From an uncultured candidatus Porisulfidus sp. (GTDB lineage: Bacteria > Pseudomonadota > Gammaproteobacteria > Poriferisulfidales > Poriferisulfidaceae): a stretch of DNA of 64,000 nucleotides. The stretch covers positions 192,001-256,000 of the forward strand of contig OZ241993.1 in assembly GCA_965204575.1 (NCBI GenBank), written 5' to 3'. Below, piece after piece: positions 39,316-48,994 of this stretch; position 1 is the stretch's first letter, and every line of letters starts with the position of its first letter. The notes beneath the pieces are model-generated. The model ran no database searches, had not been told where the DNA came from, and worked only from the letters and a program-made list of their open reading frames with translations. Both the position numbers and the translations under genes were made by a program.

Positions 39316-40091
39316 ACGAAGCTCCCCCCACCATAATCTACGAGCAGGCCGTCAACGAACGCATGCGCACGTTCTTGCGGATCGACTTCCTGGCGCGACA
39401 GTTCGAGTATCACTATGCCCAGCCCTCGCTGTGGGAGACCCGGGCCACGGTCGCGACTCTTCTGGAATTCGTCAGCCTGATCAGTCGGCACAACATCAAG
39501 ATCGAACTGATACGGGAGCTGGATCAGCGGCTGGCCTGGCTGGAAATGCTGAGTTCGTCCGACAATGCAGACTTGGACCTCCTGAAAGAAATCGTCGAAC
39601 TGCACCAGAACCTGCGCCATGATGCGCATGACCTTCAGTACCCGGTGCACCAGCATCTGACTCAGCATGACATGCTCAACACGATCAGCCAGCGCATTCG
39701 CATGCCCGGCTGTACCAGCGAGACCGACATTCCGCTGTACCACAACTGGCTGACCAGCCAGCGAGCCGACCATGCCGCCCAGTTGAAGCAATGGTACGAA
39801 CCATTCGCACCGATTATCCAGATCGCGCAAACCGTATTGGAAATGGTTCGAAACAGCGCCACATTCGCCCCCGAAACCGCCAAGGACGGTTGGTTCGAAC
39901 AGGGACTGGATCCCGGCCGGATCCACCAGATGATCCGGATTCGGATGCCTGCGGAGTCAGAGTTCTACCCGGAAATCAGCATCGGAAAACGTTCTTTCAG
40001 CATCGTGTTTCGCGAGGACGGCGATCTGGACCAGCGGCCCGTCCAGACCGACCAGGAAGTCAAGTTCGAGTTGGCCTGCTGCCTGTTCTAG
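39312..40091 (+). CDS. zapD: Cell division protein ZapD
   Basis: YEQAVNERMRTFLR, QRIRMPG, YPEIS, FELACC. Confidence 0.92.
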   Translation: MNEAPPTIIYEQAVNERMRTFLRIDFLARQFEYHYAQPSLWETRATVATLLEFVSLISRHNIKIELIRELDQRLAWLEMLSSSDNADLDLLKEIVELHQNLRHDAHDLQYPVHQHLTQHDMLNTISQRIRMPGCTSETDIPLYHNWLTSQRADHAAQLKQWYEPFAPIIQIAQTVLEMVRNSATFAPETAKDGWFEQGLDPGRIHQMIRIRMPAESEFYPEISIGKRSFSIVFREDGDLDQRPVQTDQEVKFELACCLF

Positions 40092-40113
40092 GGCGTCACC
40101 GGGCTCCGGAGTA

Positions 40114-42222
40114 TCAGACCGAACCCAGGCTCCGGGAATCTCCGAGCCAGCGTTCCATGATCGGTTCCACTGCCTCCGGATCTTTCTGGATGAAGTCCTG
40201 GGCGATCCGCTGCACCCGTTTCAATTGCTGTTCATCCCGGGAAAGGTCCGCCACCCGGAACACCATTTCCCCGGCCTGACGGACTCCGAGCAATTGGCCC
40301 GGCCCGCGCAGATGCAGGTCCCGTTGCGCAATTTCAAACCCGTCGGTTGTCTCCCGCATGATCTGGATGCGGGTTCGGGCATTTTCCGATAGCGGCGACT
40401 TGTACAGCAACACGCAACTGCTTTGCTCGGAGCTACGCCCAACCCGACCGCGGAGTTGGTGTAATTGCGCAAGTCCCAGGCGCTCTGCATTCTCGACTAC
40501 CATCAGTGAAGCATTCGGGACATCGACGCCCACCTCGATGACCGTGGTCGCCACCAGAAGCTGAACCTCTCCACTTTTGAAACGCTGCATGACCCGGTCC
40601 TTGTCCGGCGCCTTCATCCGTCCATGCACCAGACCCACCTCAAGCTCAGGCAGCGCCTGGCAGAGCCGCTGCCAAGTACTTTCCGCAGCCTCGCATTGCA
40701 ACGCCTCGGATTCTTCCACCAGCGTACAAACCCAGTATGCCTGCCGCCCTTCCCGGCAAGCCTCCCGAATCCGTTCCATCAGTTCATCCCGCCGGTCTTC
40801 CGCCATAACAGCCGTCTTGACCGGTTTTCGTCCCGGGGGCATTTCATCCAGAATCGAAGCGTCCAGATCGGCATAGAACGTCATGGCCAGGCTGCGCGGA
40901 ATCGGGGTGGCCGTCATGATCAGCTGGTGGGGGTGCGTTTCTTTCCCCTCGCCCTTGCGCCGCAAGGCCAGGCGCTGGTGAACCCCGAACCGGTGTTGTT
41001 CGTCGATGATCAGCAATCCCAGCCGGTCGAAGTTTACGTCTTCCTGGATCAGGGCATGCGTCCCGATCACAATACGGGCCTGATGGCTCCGGATGCGCGC
41101 CTTCTCCTCCGCTCTCTGCTTGCTTGTCTGGCTGCTCGACAGGAATGCCACCGGAATATTCAACGGAAACAGCCACTCCCAAAAACTGCGGTAGTGCTGT
41201 TCCGCCAACAACTCGATCGGAGCCATCACCGCCACTTGCGCATCCGAGGCGGTAACGCACAAGGCGGCAACCAGCGCGACGATGGTCTTGCCGGAGCCCA
41301 CGTCGCCCTGCAGCAAGCGCATCATGGGGTGGTTGCGGGCCAGATCCTGCCGAATCTCCTCGATGACCCGCTCCTGTGCTTGGGTCAGGCGAAAAGGCAG
41401 GCGTTCCAGGAACTGGCTAATTAATTCGTCGCCTTCCGGGAACGAATCCGCCTGCCGCTGCTCGGCCCGATCGCGCAGACGGATGAAACTCAAATGGTAT
41501 GCGGCCAACTCTTCCACGATCAGCCGTTGCCGGGCCGGGTCGGATTCCGAAAGCAGGGTCTCCATATCCAGCCCCACCTCCGGTTCGTGCAGGCGGCGAA
41601 GCGCTTCGGTAAAGCCGGGCAGGCCCTGCTTCCTGAACAGGTCTTCCCAAGCCGGATGCTCAAGTTGTGCCGGATGGGTTTCGGCCCACTCCAGCGCACG
41701 ACGAATCAGCTTGCGCAGGGAAATCTGCGCAAGTCCCTCCGTCGCCGGATATACCGGGGTCAGGCTGGCGGCAGCGTGTTCGGAAGCGCCAGCCGAGACA
41801 GGTTCGTATTCCGGATGAAACATCCGGAACGTCCGACGCCATAGCTTGACTTCCCCGAAGCAACGCACCCGCGTGCCCGGGACCAGTTGTTCCTGCTGAA
41901 ACGGGCTGAAGCGCATAAAGCACAGCTCCAACGTGCCTGGAGAATCATCAGCCAACTTGACCCGTAGCCTGCGCCCCCTGTAGAGCTCGACACGGGCATC
42001 CTGCACGATGCCCTCGACCATGCAGCGAACGTTCGGACGCAACGCGTCCAGGGAAACCACGCGGGTCCGGTCCTCGTAGGCCCGGGGCAGGTGCAGCAAC
42101 AGGTGGTCGATTCGGAAAATGCCCAAACGGGCGAGTTTCTCGCACACCCGGGGGCCAACGCCGGGCAGTGCGCGAAGTGCCGCCTCTGCCGGGTCGGAAG
42201 CGGGTGGGTCAGTCCGGGTCAT
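40114..42222 (-). CDS. recG: ATP-dependent DNA helicase RecG
   Basis: LPRAYEDR, LQGDVGSGKT, DEQHRFGV, MTATPIPR, QLRGRVGR. Confidence 0.97.
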   Translation of the reverse strand: MTRTDPPASDPAEAALRALPGVGPRVCEKLARLGIFRIDHLLLHLPRAYEDRTRVVSLDALRPNVRCMVEGIVQDARVELYRGRRLRVKLADDSPGTLELCFMRFSPFQQEQLVPGTRVRCFGEVKLWRRTFRMFHPEYEPVSAGASEHAAASLTPVYPATEGLAQISLRKLIRRALEWAETHPAQLEHPAWEDLFRKQGLPGFTEALRRLHEPEVGLDMETLLSESDPARQRLIVEELAAYHLSFIRLRDRAEQRQADSFPEGDELISQFLERLPFRLTQAQERVIEEIRQDLARNHPMMRLLQGDVGSGKTIVALVAALCVTASDAQVAVMAPIELLAEQHYRSFWEWLFPLNIPVAFLSSSQTSKQRAEEKARIRSHQARIVIGTHALIQEDVNFDRLGLLIIDEQHRFGVHQRLALRRKGEGKETHPHQLIMTATPIPRSLAMTFYADLDASILDEMPPGRKPVKTAVMAEDRRDELMERIREACREGRQAYWVCTLVEESEALQCEAAESTWQRLCQALPELEVGLVHGRMKAPDKDRVMQRFKSGEVQLLVATTVIEVGVDVPNASLMVVENAERLGLAQLHQLRGRVGRSSEQSSCVLLYKSPLSENARTRIQIMRETTDGFEIAQRDLHLRGPGQLLGVRQAGEMVFRVADLSRDEQQLKRVQRIAQDFIQKDPEAVEPIMERWLGDSRSLGSV

Positions 42223-42233
42223 CCGGGCCGGTG

Positions 42234-42620
42234 TCAGGCACGTAGATTCAGGATCGCATCCATTTCGACCGCCGCGCCCTTCGGGAGCGCTGCCACGCCC
42301 ACCGCTGCGCGCGCCGGATACGGCTCTGAGAAATACTCGGCCATCACTTCGTTGACCAGAGGGAAATGACTCAGATCGGTCAGGTACACCGTCAGCTTGA
42401 TGCAGTTCGCCAGACTGCCGCCGCTGGCACCGGCGACCGCACTGAGATTGTCGAACACCCTGCGGATTTGCGTCTGCATGTCTCCTTCGACCATTTGCAT
42501 GGTCTGGGGATCCAGGGGAATCTGGCCGGACAGGAACACCCAATCCCCGCTGCGGACCGCCTGGGAATAAGTGCCGATGGCATCGGGCGCGTCGGATGTG
42601 TGGACGGGTTCGAGAGGCAT
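42234..42620 (-). CDS. ridA: RidA/YjgF family deaminase
   Basis: [29 protein letters not shown]. Confidence 0.93.
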   Translation of the reverse strand: MPLEPVHTSDAPDAIGTYSQAVRSGDWVFLSGQIPLDPQTMQMVEGDMQTQIRRVFDNLSAVAGASGGSLANCIKLTVYLTDLSHFPLVNEVMAEYFSEPYPARAAVGVAALPKGAAVEMDAILNLRA

Positions 42621-42687
42621 GTGCGAAGAAAACGGCGGATGCGCCAGAATTATACGCAAGAAACAGTCCGCGATTGTCTTCAGACGC

Positions 42688-43104
42688 TTACAGTTTGACG
42701 ATCAAGGCGACCGCACCCACGATAAGGCCAGACATCATCAACATCCGCACCGTCAGGCGCGTTTCAAGGGCTGCCAGTTCGATTTTAGTTGGGTAGTTTT
42801 CTAACGCGGTCTTCAATTCAGCTTTCAGTTCGGCCTTGGTCGGGTAATTTCCCAGTGCAGCCTTCAGTTCGGCCTTTAGCTCGGCTTTCGTCACCATGTT
42901 CTGGGAGATGGAACTGAACGCGGAGACCACCGCCTCGGCCTGCGGTCCAGAAAATCCGCCTTTCTTCAGGTTGCGGGCCACTTGGAGGGTGTCGAACATG
43001 GGGCGCTGCCTAGATTCCCGAATGCCCGAGCACTTGGAAGTCTGGGCAGATGCGGTCGGGAGTTCGGATGTGGCTTCCTCCGGGATTCGGTGAGCTTGGG
43101 TCAC
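42688..43104 (-). CDS. DUF1640/CCDC90-like coiled-coil, C-terminally anchored protein (paralog 2)
   Basis: [31 protein letters not shown]-terminal TM; GAGGTG RBS before GTG (alternative ATG at 42999). Confidence 0.75.
   Translation of the reverse strand: MTQAHRIPEEATSELPTASAQTSKCSGIRESRQRPMFDTLQVARNLKKGGFSGPQAEAVVSAFSSISQNMVTKAELKAELKAALGNYPTKAELKAELKTALENYPTKIELAALETRLTVRMLMMSGLIVGAVALIVKL
42790..42891 (-). repeat. In-frame 51-bp tandem duplication
   Basis: Encodes [17 protein letters not shown] and [17 protein letters not shown]. Confidence 0.85.
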
Positions 43105-43140
43105 AATGATAGCACCTCAGAAATGAAATGGAAAAGTGCT

Positions 43141-43266
43141 GTTGTAACTGAAGCCTATCTTTATTGCAAGGGAAAATGGTCGGTTTTTTCAGACCATTTA
43201 TTCCCTCACACAAATATTTGATAATTATGTAATTTTTTCGTAATGTTCTAGAGAATGTAAAGTTTT
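43141..43266 (-). promoter_or_regulatory. Repeated palindromic upstream element, copy 3, with sigma-70-like promoter
   Basis: AATGGTC-GGTTTTTTCA-GACCATT at 43175-43198 (22/24 to copy 1); TTGCAA-17-TACAAC on the minus strand. Confidence 0.72.
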
Positions 43267-43500
43267 GGGTTTATATTGCTAAGTGCCGGTGACATTGGCA
43301 GGCCAGATTCCTCGCCGGCCACAACTGGAAATTGCTAACTTGGAATGTTTTCAGCATTGATCTGGGCCTTCATCGGCACCGCTCCTTGAATTCCTGCACC
43401 ACTCGCCTAGAACTTTATTCATGGGCTGAGTACGAACTCTACAAAAGTTTGGAGAACCCTATCACGATCGGCTAACAACTAGAAGAAGATTTGCTGGCTT

Positions 43501-43923
43501 TCAGAGTGTATTGCGTGAAACAATCCACCTCAATATGAATCTAGCAAATGAAAGTACTGGCGCAATAATTCCAAATACTATTGCGACTCCTGTGTAGCCC
43601 ATATAGACTGCACCACCAGCCACAGTTATCAGCAGCACTCCAAATAAAATAGCCCCAAAGATAATTACGCGCTCGTTTGCCCTGAATGCTCTAGTATCCG
43701 TTGCCCTGATCTCCTGTTCCTTCTCCGCCATTTCCAAGATTCTAAGTGCTGCGCCTGGCACTATCTGGTTGTATTCACGAAAGGCTTCTGTTGTCGGAAG
43801 GGGTCCTTGATGGACGAACAAATATTCAGTTATCTCCTGTTTCTTCTCATCCGGAAGGTCGGCAAGCAGTTGTTCTAATTTGTCCTCCCGCTTCTCTGGG
43901 AGTGGTGTATCTTTTTCACCCAT
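43501..43923 (-). CDS. DUF2335-like membrane protein
   Basis: HQGPLP...YNQIVPGAALRILEMAEKEQ..R then two TMs; low GC. Confidence 0.75.
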   Translation of the reverse strand: MGEKDTPLPEKREDKLEQLLADLPDEKKQEITEYLFVHQGPLPTTEAFREYNQIVPGAALRILEMAEKEQEIRATDTRAFRANERVIIFGAILFGVLLITVAGGAVYMGYTGVAIVFGIIAPVLSFARFILRWIVSRNTL

Positions 43924-44185
43924 CTGTGTGCCGCGCACCTTCTATCATCACTTTGGATACTGCGGTCTCGAAATACCCGCGAATGGCGAGTGCATCCGCA
44001 TGTAGCCCCTCACCACGTTTCAAGGGAGGGCGGAGAGTCATAACCCCAGGATGCAAGTACACCAAAGAAGCAGAATCAATGAGCTCGTTTTGATGTTTGG
44101 TTATTAGTTTATTTATTGACAAAGTATGCTCCAAATTAAAAGGTTGTCCATATGATAATGATAACAAATCATCCGGTTGAAGCAA
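43916..44185 (-). CDS. Small hypothetical ORF overlapping the DUF2335 start
   Basis: Translational-coupling overlap; start uncertain, 5' end abuts the ISL3 insertion. Confidence 0.35.
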   Translation of the reverse strand: MLQPDDLLSLSYGQPFNLEHTLSINKLITKHQNELIDSASLVYLHPGVMTLRPPLKRGEGLHADALAIRGYFETAVSKVMIEGARHTDG

Positions 44186-44195
44186 TCCCTAAAGT

Positions 44196-45543
44196 GGCGC
44201 ATCACGGTTTTGTGTGGAATAGAGGGTCAGGGATAATGCTTCCGCGTTTTAGTCTGGAGTGTGGTCTGATGGAAGCAGTGAACAAGTTTTGCGAGATGCT
44301 GATGTTTCTGCATCCGCCGTGGGAGGTGGTCTCGGTGTCCTGTCGGGAAGGAGGCGAGGATCGCAGCCCGGGGCGCGTCACGATCGAGTTGGCCTATCAG
44401 GCGAAGAGCCTGGTGCCGTGTCCGGAATGCGGGACCTTGTGCAAGCGGCACGACACGAAGGCGCGGGAGTGGCGGGACCTGGATTTGATGGGTTGGCGCA
44501 CGACCTTGCGGGCCGAGGTGCCGCGGGCGAACTGCCCGGAGCACGGGATTCGGCAGATCGCGGTGCCGTGGGCGGAGTCCCACGGTCGTTTCACGATGCG
44601 CTTCGAGACGGAGGTGATCGAGGACCTGCTGGCGATGCCGCTGCGGGCGGTGGCGCAGAAGTGGGGGCTGAGCTGGCATCAGGCGGACGGCATCCGCTCG
44701 CGGGCGGTGCGGCGCGGATTGGCGCGACGCGGGCCGCAGGCACCGAAGCGGATCGGCATCGACGAGACCTCGTTCCAGAAGCGGCATGAATATGTCTCGA
44801 TCGTGGTCGATCAGAAGCCGGCGTCCGGGCGCAAGGGGGTGGTGCTGTATGTGGGAGACCGCAAGGATCAGGCAGCGGTGGAGCCGTTTTTCAGAGAGTT
44901 GGGCGACGCCGCCTGCGCGCAGGTTGAGACGGCCGCGATGGATCTGGCGCCGGCCTACATCGCGGCGACCCTGAAGTACACCCAGGCCGACATCTGCATC
45001 GACCGCTTCCATGTGGTGAGCCTGCTCAACCAGGCGGTGGACCAGGTGCGCCGGGCGGAGCACAAGAGGTTGCTGGCGCAAGGCGATGCCCGCCTGGCGG
45101 GCACCCGTTTCGACTGGCTGATGACCGAGGAGCGGATGGGCCCGGCCCGGCGCCAGCGTCTGGAAGCGTTACGCAAGGAGGACCTGAAGGTGGCCCGGGC
45201 CTGGATCCTGAAGGAACGGGCGGCGGAGATCTGGGCGTTGCGCGACCGGACCCTGGCCTACTACGCCTGGGAAGCCTGGCATCAGGCGGCGAAACGCTCG
45301 CGGCTGGCCCCGGTGATCAAGGCGGCGGAGACGATCTGGAAGCATGTGGAAGAGATCCTGAACGCCGCCGTGCTGGGCATCAGCAATGCCCTGTCGGAAT
45401 CCATCAACGCGAAAGTGCAGTGGATCAAACGCCAAGCCTGCGGCTACCGCAGCCGCGAGCGCTTCCGTGAAGCCATCTACTTTCACTTGGGCGGACTCGA
45501 CCTGTATCCGAGACCTCCGTTCCACACAATTCCGTGAAGACCC
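44196..45543 (+). mobile_element. ISL3-family insertion sequence
   Basis: 24-bp IRs GGCGCATCACGGTTTTGTGTGGAA / GGGTCTTCACGGAATTGTGTGGAA (19/24); 8-bp TSD CCTAAAGT at 44188-44195 and 45544-45551. Confidence 0.92.
44269..45537 (+). CDS. ISL3-family transposase
   Basis: CPECG zinc finger, WRDLD, VPWAE, IGIDETS, IDRFHV, SESINAK, GYRS. Confidence 0.93.
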   Translation: MEAVNKFCEMLMFLHPPWEVVSVSCREGGEDRSPGRVTIELAYQAKSLVPCPECGTLCKRHDTKAREWRDLDLMGWRTTLRAEVPRANCPEHGIRQIAVPWAESHGRFTMRFETEVIEDLLAMPLRAVAQKWGLSWHQADGIRSRAVRRGLARRGPQAPKRIGIDETSFQKRHEYVSIVVDQKPASGRKGVVLYVGDRKDQAAVEPFFRELGDAACAQVETAAMDLAPAYIAATLKYTQADICIDRFHVVSLLNQAVDQVRRAEHKRLLAQGDARLAGTRFDWLMTEERMGPARRQRLEALRKEDLKVARAWILKERAAEIWALRDRTLAYYAWEAWHQAAKRSRLAPVIKAAETIWKHVEEILNAAVLGISNALSESINAKVQWIKRQACGYRSRERFREAIYFHLGGLDLYPRPPFHTIP

Positions 45544-45603
45544 CCTAAAGTTTGATGCGGCGAGCCTGCCTGAACTGCTGCTACTAGATTCTCCTACTCA
45601 CCC

Positions 45604-47793
45604 TTAGCCCGACAGGCGAACGACCTTGCGCACATCCGGCAACCGTCGGACCGCCTTGATGATCGCAGCCAGATGAATCCGGTCGCGGACGTTCAGGATG
45701 AATCCCATATTGATATGGGCGGATCCCTTCGCCTCTTCCAGGTTGACTCCCTCGATATTGCAGCCTTCCTCGGCAATGGCGGCGGCAATACGGGCCAAGA
45801 GCCCGCGGCGGTTCTTGGTGGAAACCCGGATCGAGACCGGGTATTCGCCGTCCACCGTTTCCGCCCATTCGCAGGGAATCCACTGCTCCGGAGATTTGCG
45901 GAACCGTTTCAGGTTGGGGCAGTTGCTCCGGTGGATGACCAGCCCGTGTCCAGCCGACGCGATGCCGGTGACCGTGTCGCCCGGAATCGGCCGGCAGCAC
46001 TTGGCGAATGTGACCGCCATGCCTTCCGTGCCCTGCAACGCGACCGGCTGGTCCTGCTTCCGCCTCAACATGCGATCCAGCCAGCTGGCCGAACTGCGAG
46101 GCAACGCCTCTGCCCCCATCAATTGATGTGCCACGATCGGTGCCATCAGGCGGCCTAGCCCGATGTCTCGAAACAACTGCTGTGCATTCTCCACCTTCAT
46201 GGCTTCCAGAGTCTTCGAGACCTGCTCGCCCGGCAGATCCGTAAAAGTCTTCCCGGACCGGGCCAGCGCCTTGTCCAGCAATCGCATGCCCAATTCCTCC
46301 GCCTGTTCCTCTTTCAGACCTTTCAGGTACTGGCGGATGGACGAACGGGCCTTGGCGGTCACCACGAAGTCCAGCCAGGCCGGAGAAGGTTTGCCATGCG
46401 AAGCCGTCAGGATCTCGACCGTCTGGCCGCTACTCAGTTCCGTGCTCAGGGGAGAGGCGATGCGGTCGATTTTGACCCCGACGCAGGCATTGCCGATTCC
46501 GGAGTGAATCGCATACGCGTAATCCAGCGCGGTGGAGCCCTGCGGCAGGCGCAGAATGTCCCCCGCCGGCGTAAACACGTAGACCTCGTGCGGGAAGAGA
46601 TCCACTTTGACGTGCTCCAGAAACTCTACGGAATCCGGAGCAAGACGCCGGATGTCCAGAATGTTCTGCATCCAGGTCTTGGCGTGCGCCGGCAAGTAGA
46701 GGCTCGCGCCGGACTTGTAGTTCCAGTGCGCCGCGACCCCGCCCTCGGCCACCAGTTCCATTTCCTGCGTACGGACCTGGATTTCCAGCGGCACCGCGTC
46801 CGGGCCCTGCAAGGCCGTGTGCAGCGACTGGTAGCCATTGGCCTTCGGGATCGCGATGTAATCCTTGAATTTGCCCGGCAGCGGCTTGTACAGGCTATGG
46901 ACGACTCCCAGCACCCGGTAGCACTGATCCGCCGTGTCCACGATCACCCGGAACCCGTAGACATCGAAGACCTCGTTGAACGACAGGTGCTTGTCCCGCA
47001 TCTTGCAATAAACGCTGTAGACGCTTTTCTCGCGCCCCTCGATCTGCGCCTTGATCCCGCGCTCCTCGATATGCTGAATCAGGTTCTCGCGGACTTTCTC
47101 GACCCGGTCGTGCTGGCGCCCCCGGTGCGCCTGGATGGATTCCTCAAGGACACGGCTGCGCATCGGATAGAGCGTTTTGAAGGCACGTTCCTCCAGTTCC
47201 AGACAAAGTGCATTCATCCCCAGACGGCGCGTGATCGGCACATAGACCTCGAGGGTTTCGCGGGCGATTCGTTGCTGCTTTTCTCTCGGCAATACATCCA
47301 GCGTACGCATGTTGTGCAGGCGATCGGCCAGCTTGACCAGCATCACCCGGATGTCTCGTACCGTCGCCAGCATCATCTTGCTGAAATTGGCCGCCTGTGC
47401 CTCGCTGCGCGAGACCCCGTCCAAATGCGTCAGCTTGCTGACCCCGTCAACCAGGTGGGCCACATCCTCGCCGAATTCTTCCCGGATCTGATCGCGGGCA
47501 GTCGGTGTGTCCTCGATTACATCGTGCAGCAGGGCCGCAACAATCGTGTCCGCGTCCAGATGCAGGCCGGCCAACGTACAGGCAACCGACAGGGGATGAG
47601 TTATGTAGGGCTCACCGGACAACCGGTACTGCTCGGCGTGCCGCTCGGCACTGAATATATACGCCCGGTAGACCCGCCGGACCTGTTCCAGTTCCAGGTA
47701 CTGGTCGAGCTGATCGCAGAGGCTGTGGAAGCGAACCGGGTTCGGCGAGAGGCTGTCAACCGGCGTGGAAACCGATTCTATCGCCGCGGGCAT
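45604..47793 (-). CDS. spoT: Bifunctional (p)ppGpp synthetase/hydrolase SpoT
   Basis: SGEPYITHP, LLHDVIED, KLADRLHNMRT, KDYIAIPKANGYQSLHT, TGS and ACT domains; follows rpoZ. Confidence 0.97.
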   Translation of the reverse strand: MPAAIESVSTPVDSLSPNPVRFHSLCDQLDQYLELEQVRRVYRAYIFSAERHAEQYRLSGEPYITHPLSVACTLAGLHLDADTIVAALLHDVIEDTPTARDQIREEFGEDVAHLVDGVSKLTHLDGVSRSEAQAANFSKMMLATVRDIRVMLVKLADRLHNMRTLDVLPREKQQRIARETLEVYVPITRRLGMNALCLELEERAFKTLYPMRSRVLEESIQAHRGRQHDRVEKVRENLIQHIEERGIKAQIEGREKSVYSVYCKMRDKHLSFNEVFDVYGFRVIVDTADQCYRVLGVVHSLYKPLPGKFKDYIAIPKANGYQSLHTALQGPDAVPLEIQVRTQEMELVAEGGVAAHWNYKSGASLYLPAHAKTWMQNILDIRRLAPDSVEFLEHVKVDLFPHEVYVFTPAGDILRLPQGSTALDYAYAIHSGIGNACVGVKIDRIASPLSTELSSGQTVEILTASHGKPSPAWLDFVVTAKARSSIRQYLKGLKEEQAEELGMRLLDKALARSGKTFTDLPGEQVSKTLEAMKVENAQQLFRDIGLGRLMAPIVAHQLMGAEALPRSSASWLDRMLRRKQDQPVALQGTEGMAVTFAKCCRPIPGDTVTGIASAGHGLVIHRSNCPNLKRFRKSPEQWIPCEWAETVDGEYPVSIRVSTKNRRGLLARIAAAIAEEGCNIEGVNLEEAKGSAHINMGFILNVRDRIHLAAIIKAVRRLPDVRKVVRLSG

Positions 47794-47811
47794 GGCTCAG
47801 AAAGACAGGGG

Positions 47812-48261
47812 TCAGGCTCCCTTCGCAGGTTCTTCGCCTGGCTTCGGTTCATCGGAAACCTTCGCATCCTCGGCCCCTTGGTCCTCCGATGATGCCGTGC
47901 TGGCAGAAAGCTCCGTATCTTCATCCTCAGCCACGTCGAACTCGTCGTCGAAGTCCTCATCGTCGTCATGTGCGGCCGAGACATCCTCGACCACCATTTC
48001 CGCCGCCTGTTTGTGGATGGTTTCCAGATCCGAAGGGTCGATCTCGTCGTCCGGCTCCTGCATCGGCTGATCCAGGATGTCGGGCGTCACTTTTCCAGCG
48101 GCGATTTCCCGCAGGGCAAGCACGGCGGGTTTGTCGTTGTCCCAAGGCAGAAATTCGGATGCCCCTTTCTTGAGCATGTGGGCACGGCGGGCCGCCACCA
48201 GCACCAAGTCAAAACGGTTGTCGATCCGCTCCAGACAATCTTCGACAGTAATGCGCGCCAT
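47812..48261 (-). CDS. rpoZ: RNA polymerase omega subunit with acidic tail
   Basis: [34 protein letters not shown]. Confidence 0.95.
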   Translation of the reverse strand: MARITVEDCLERIDNRFDLVLVAARRAHMLKKGASEFLPWDNDKPAVLALREIAAGKVTPDILDQPMQEPDDEIDPSDLETIHKQAAEMVVEDVSAAHDDDEDFDDEFDVAEDEDTELSASTASSEDQGAEDAKVSDEPKPGEEPAKGA

Positions 48262-48460
48262 TCCTGCAAACCTAAAAGAAAAAGGGACGGACAATTATAC
48301 CCGAGATGGAGGTCCGGAAAGTTCGTGCGGCGGTTTCTTTCCGCGAAATACCGTCTTCCGGCAACCCGGCAGAATTCTGCCCAATGATACAATGTGAATC
48401 GGCTGGCACTTGGCCGACTACCTGCTTCTCGGAACAACCCGCCAACATCAGGAGGTTTTT

Positions 48461-48787
48461 TTGAACGCCAATATTATGGCTGTCAGTGATGAGAGTTTCG
48501 GCAGTGAAGTTCTCTCCGGCGATGAACCTGTACTGGTGGATTTCTGGGCTGAATGGTGCGGACCCTGCCGGATGGTCGCCCCGATCCTCGACGAACTCGC
48601 AAAGTTGTACAAGGACCGCCTCAAGGTGGCGAAACTGAACGTGGACGAAAACCCGAAGACCCCGCCGAAGTACGGCATCCGAGGGATTCCGACCCTGATC
48701 CTGTTCAAGAACGGGGAGGTGGCCGGGCAACGCGTCGGCGCGCTGTCCAAATCGCAGTTGACCGCCTTCATCGAAGAGCACCTGTAG
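48461..48787 (+). CDS. trxA: Thioredoxin
   Basis: [13 protein letters not shown]; AGGAGG RBS before TTG; trxA-rho synteny. Confidence 0.97.
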   Translation: MNANIMAVSDESFGSEVLSGDEPVLVDFWAEWCGPCRMVAPILDELAKLYKDRLKVAKLNVDENPKTPPKYGIRGIPTLILFKNGEVAGQRVGALSKSQLTAFIEEHL

Positions 48788-48994
48788 GCCTCTGCCCTCG
48801 CGGGAAGCCGTCCGACACCGCCAACCGGATGTGCTAGACTAGGGCATCTTTCCGGGCAGGGCATTCGCCCTGCGACAACCGACAATTCCAGGGAATCCTG
48901 CCGCATGCGGAGTTTTCCCCCTATCGGTGCAGCAATCTCTGCACCAGTTTCCACAACATCCACATCCACCATTCACCGACCCTTCCACATCAAT

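Noticed and set aside
42223-42543. 107-aa N-terminal extension of RecG; likewise the PurD extension 51554-51934
   Set aside because: Overlap ridA and rlmB respectively in another frame; true starts are downstream
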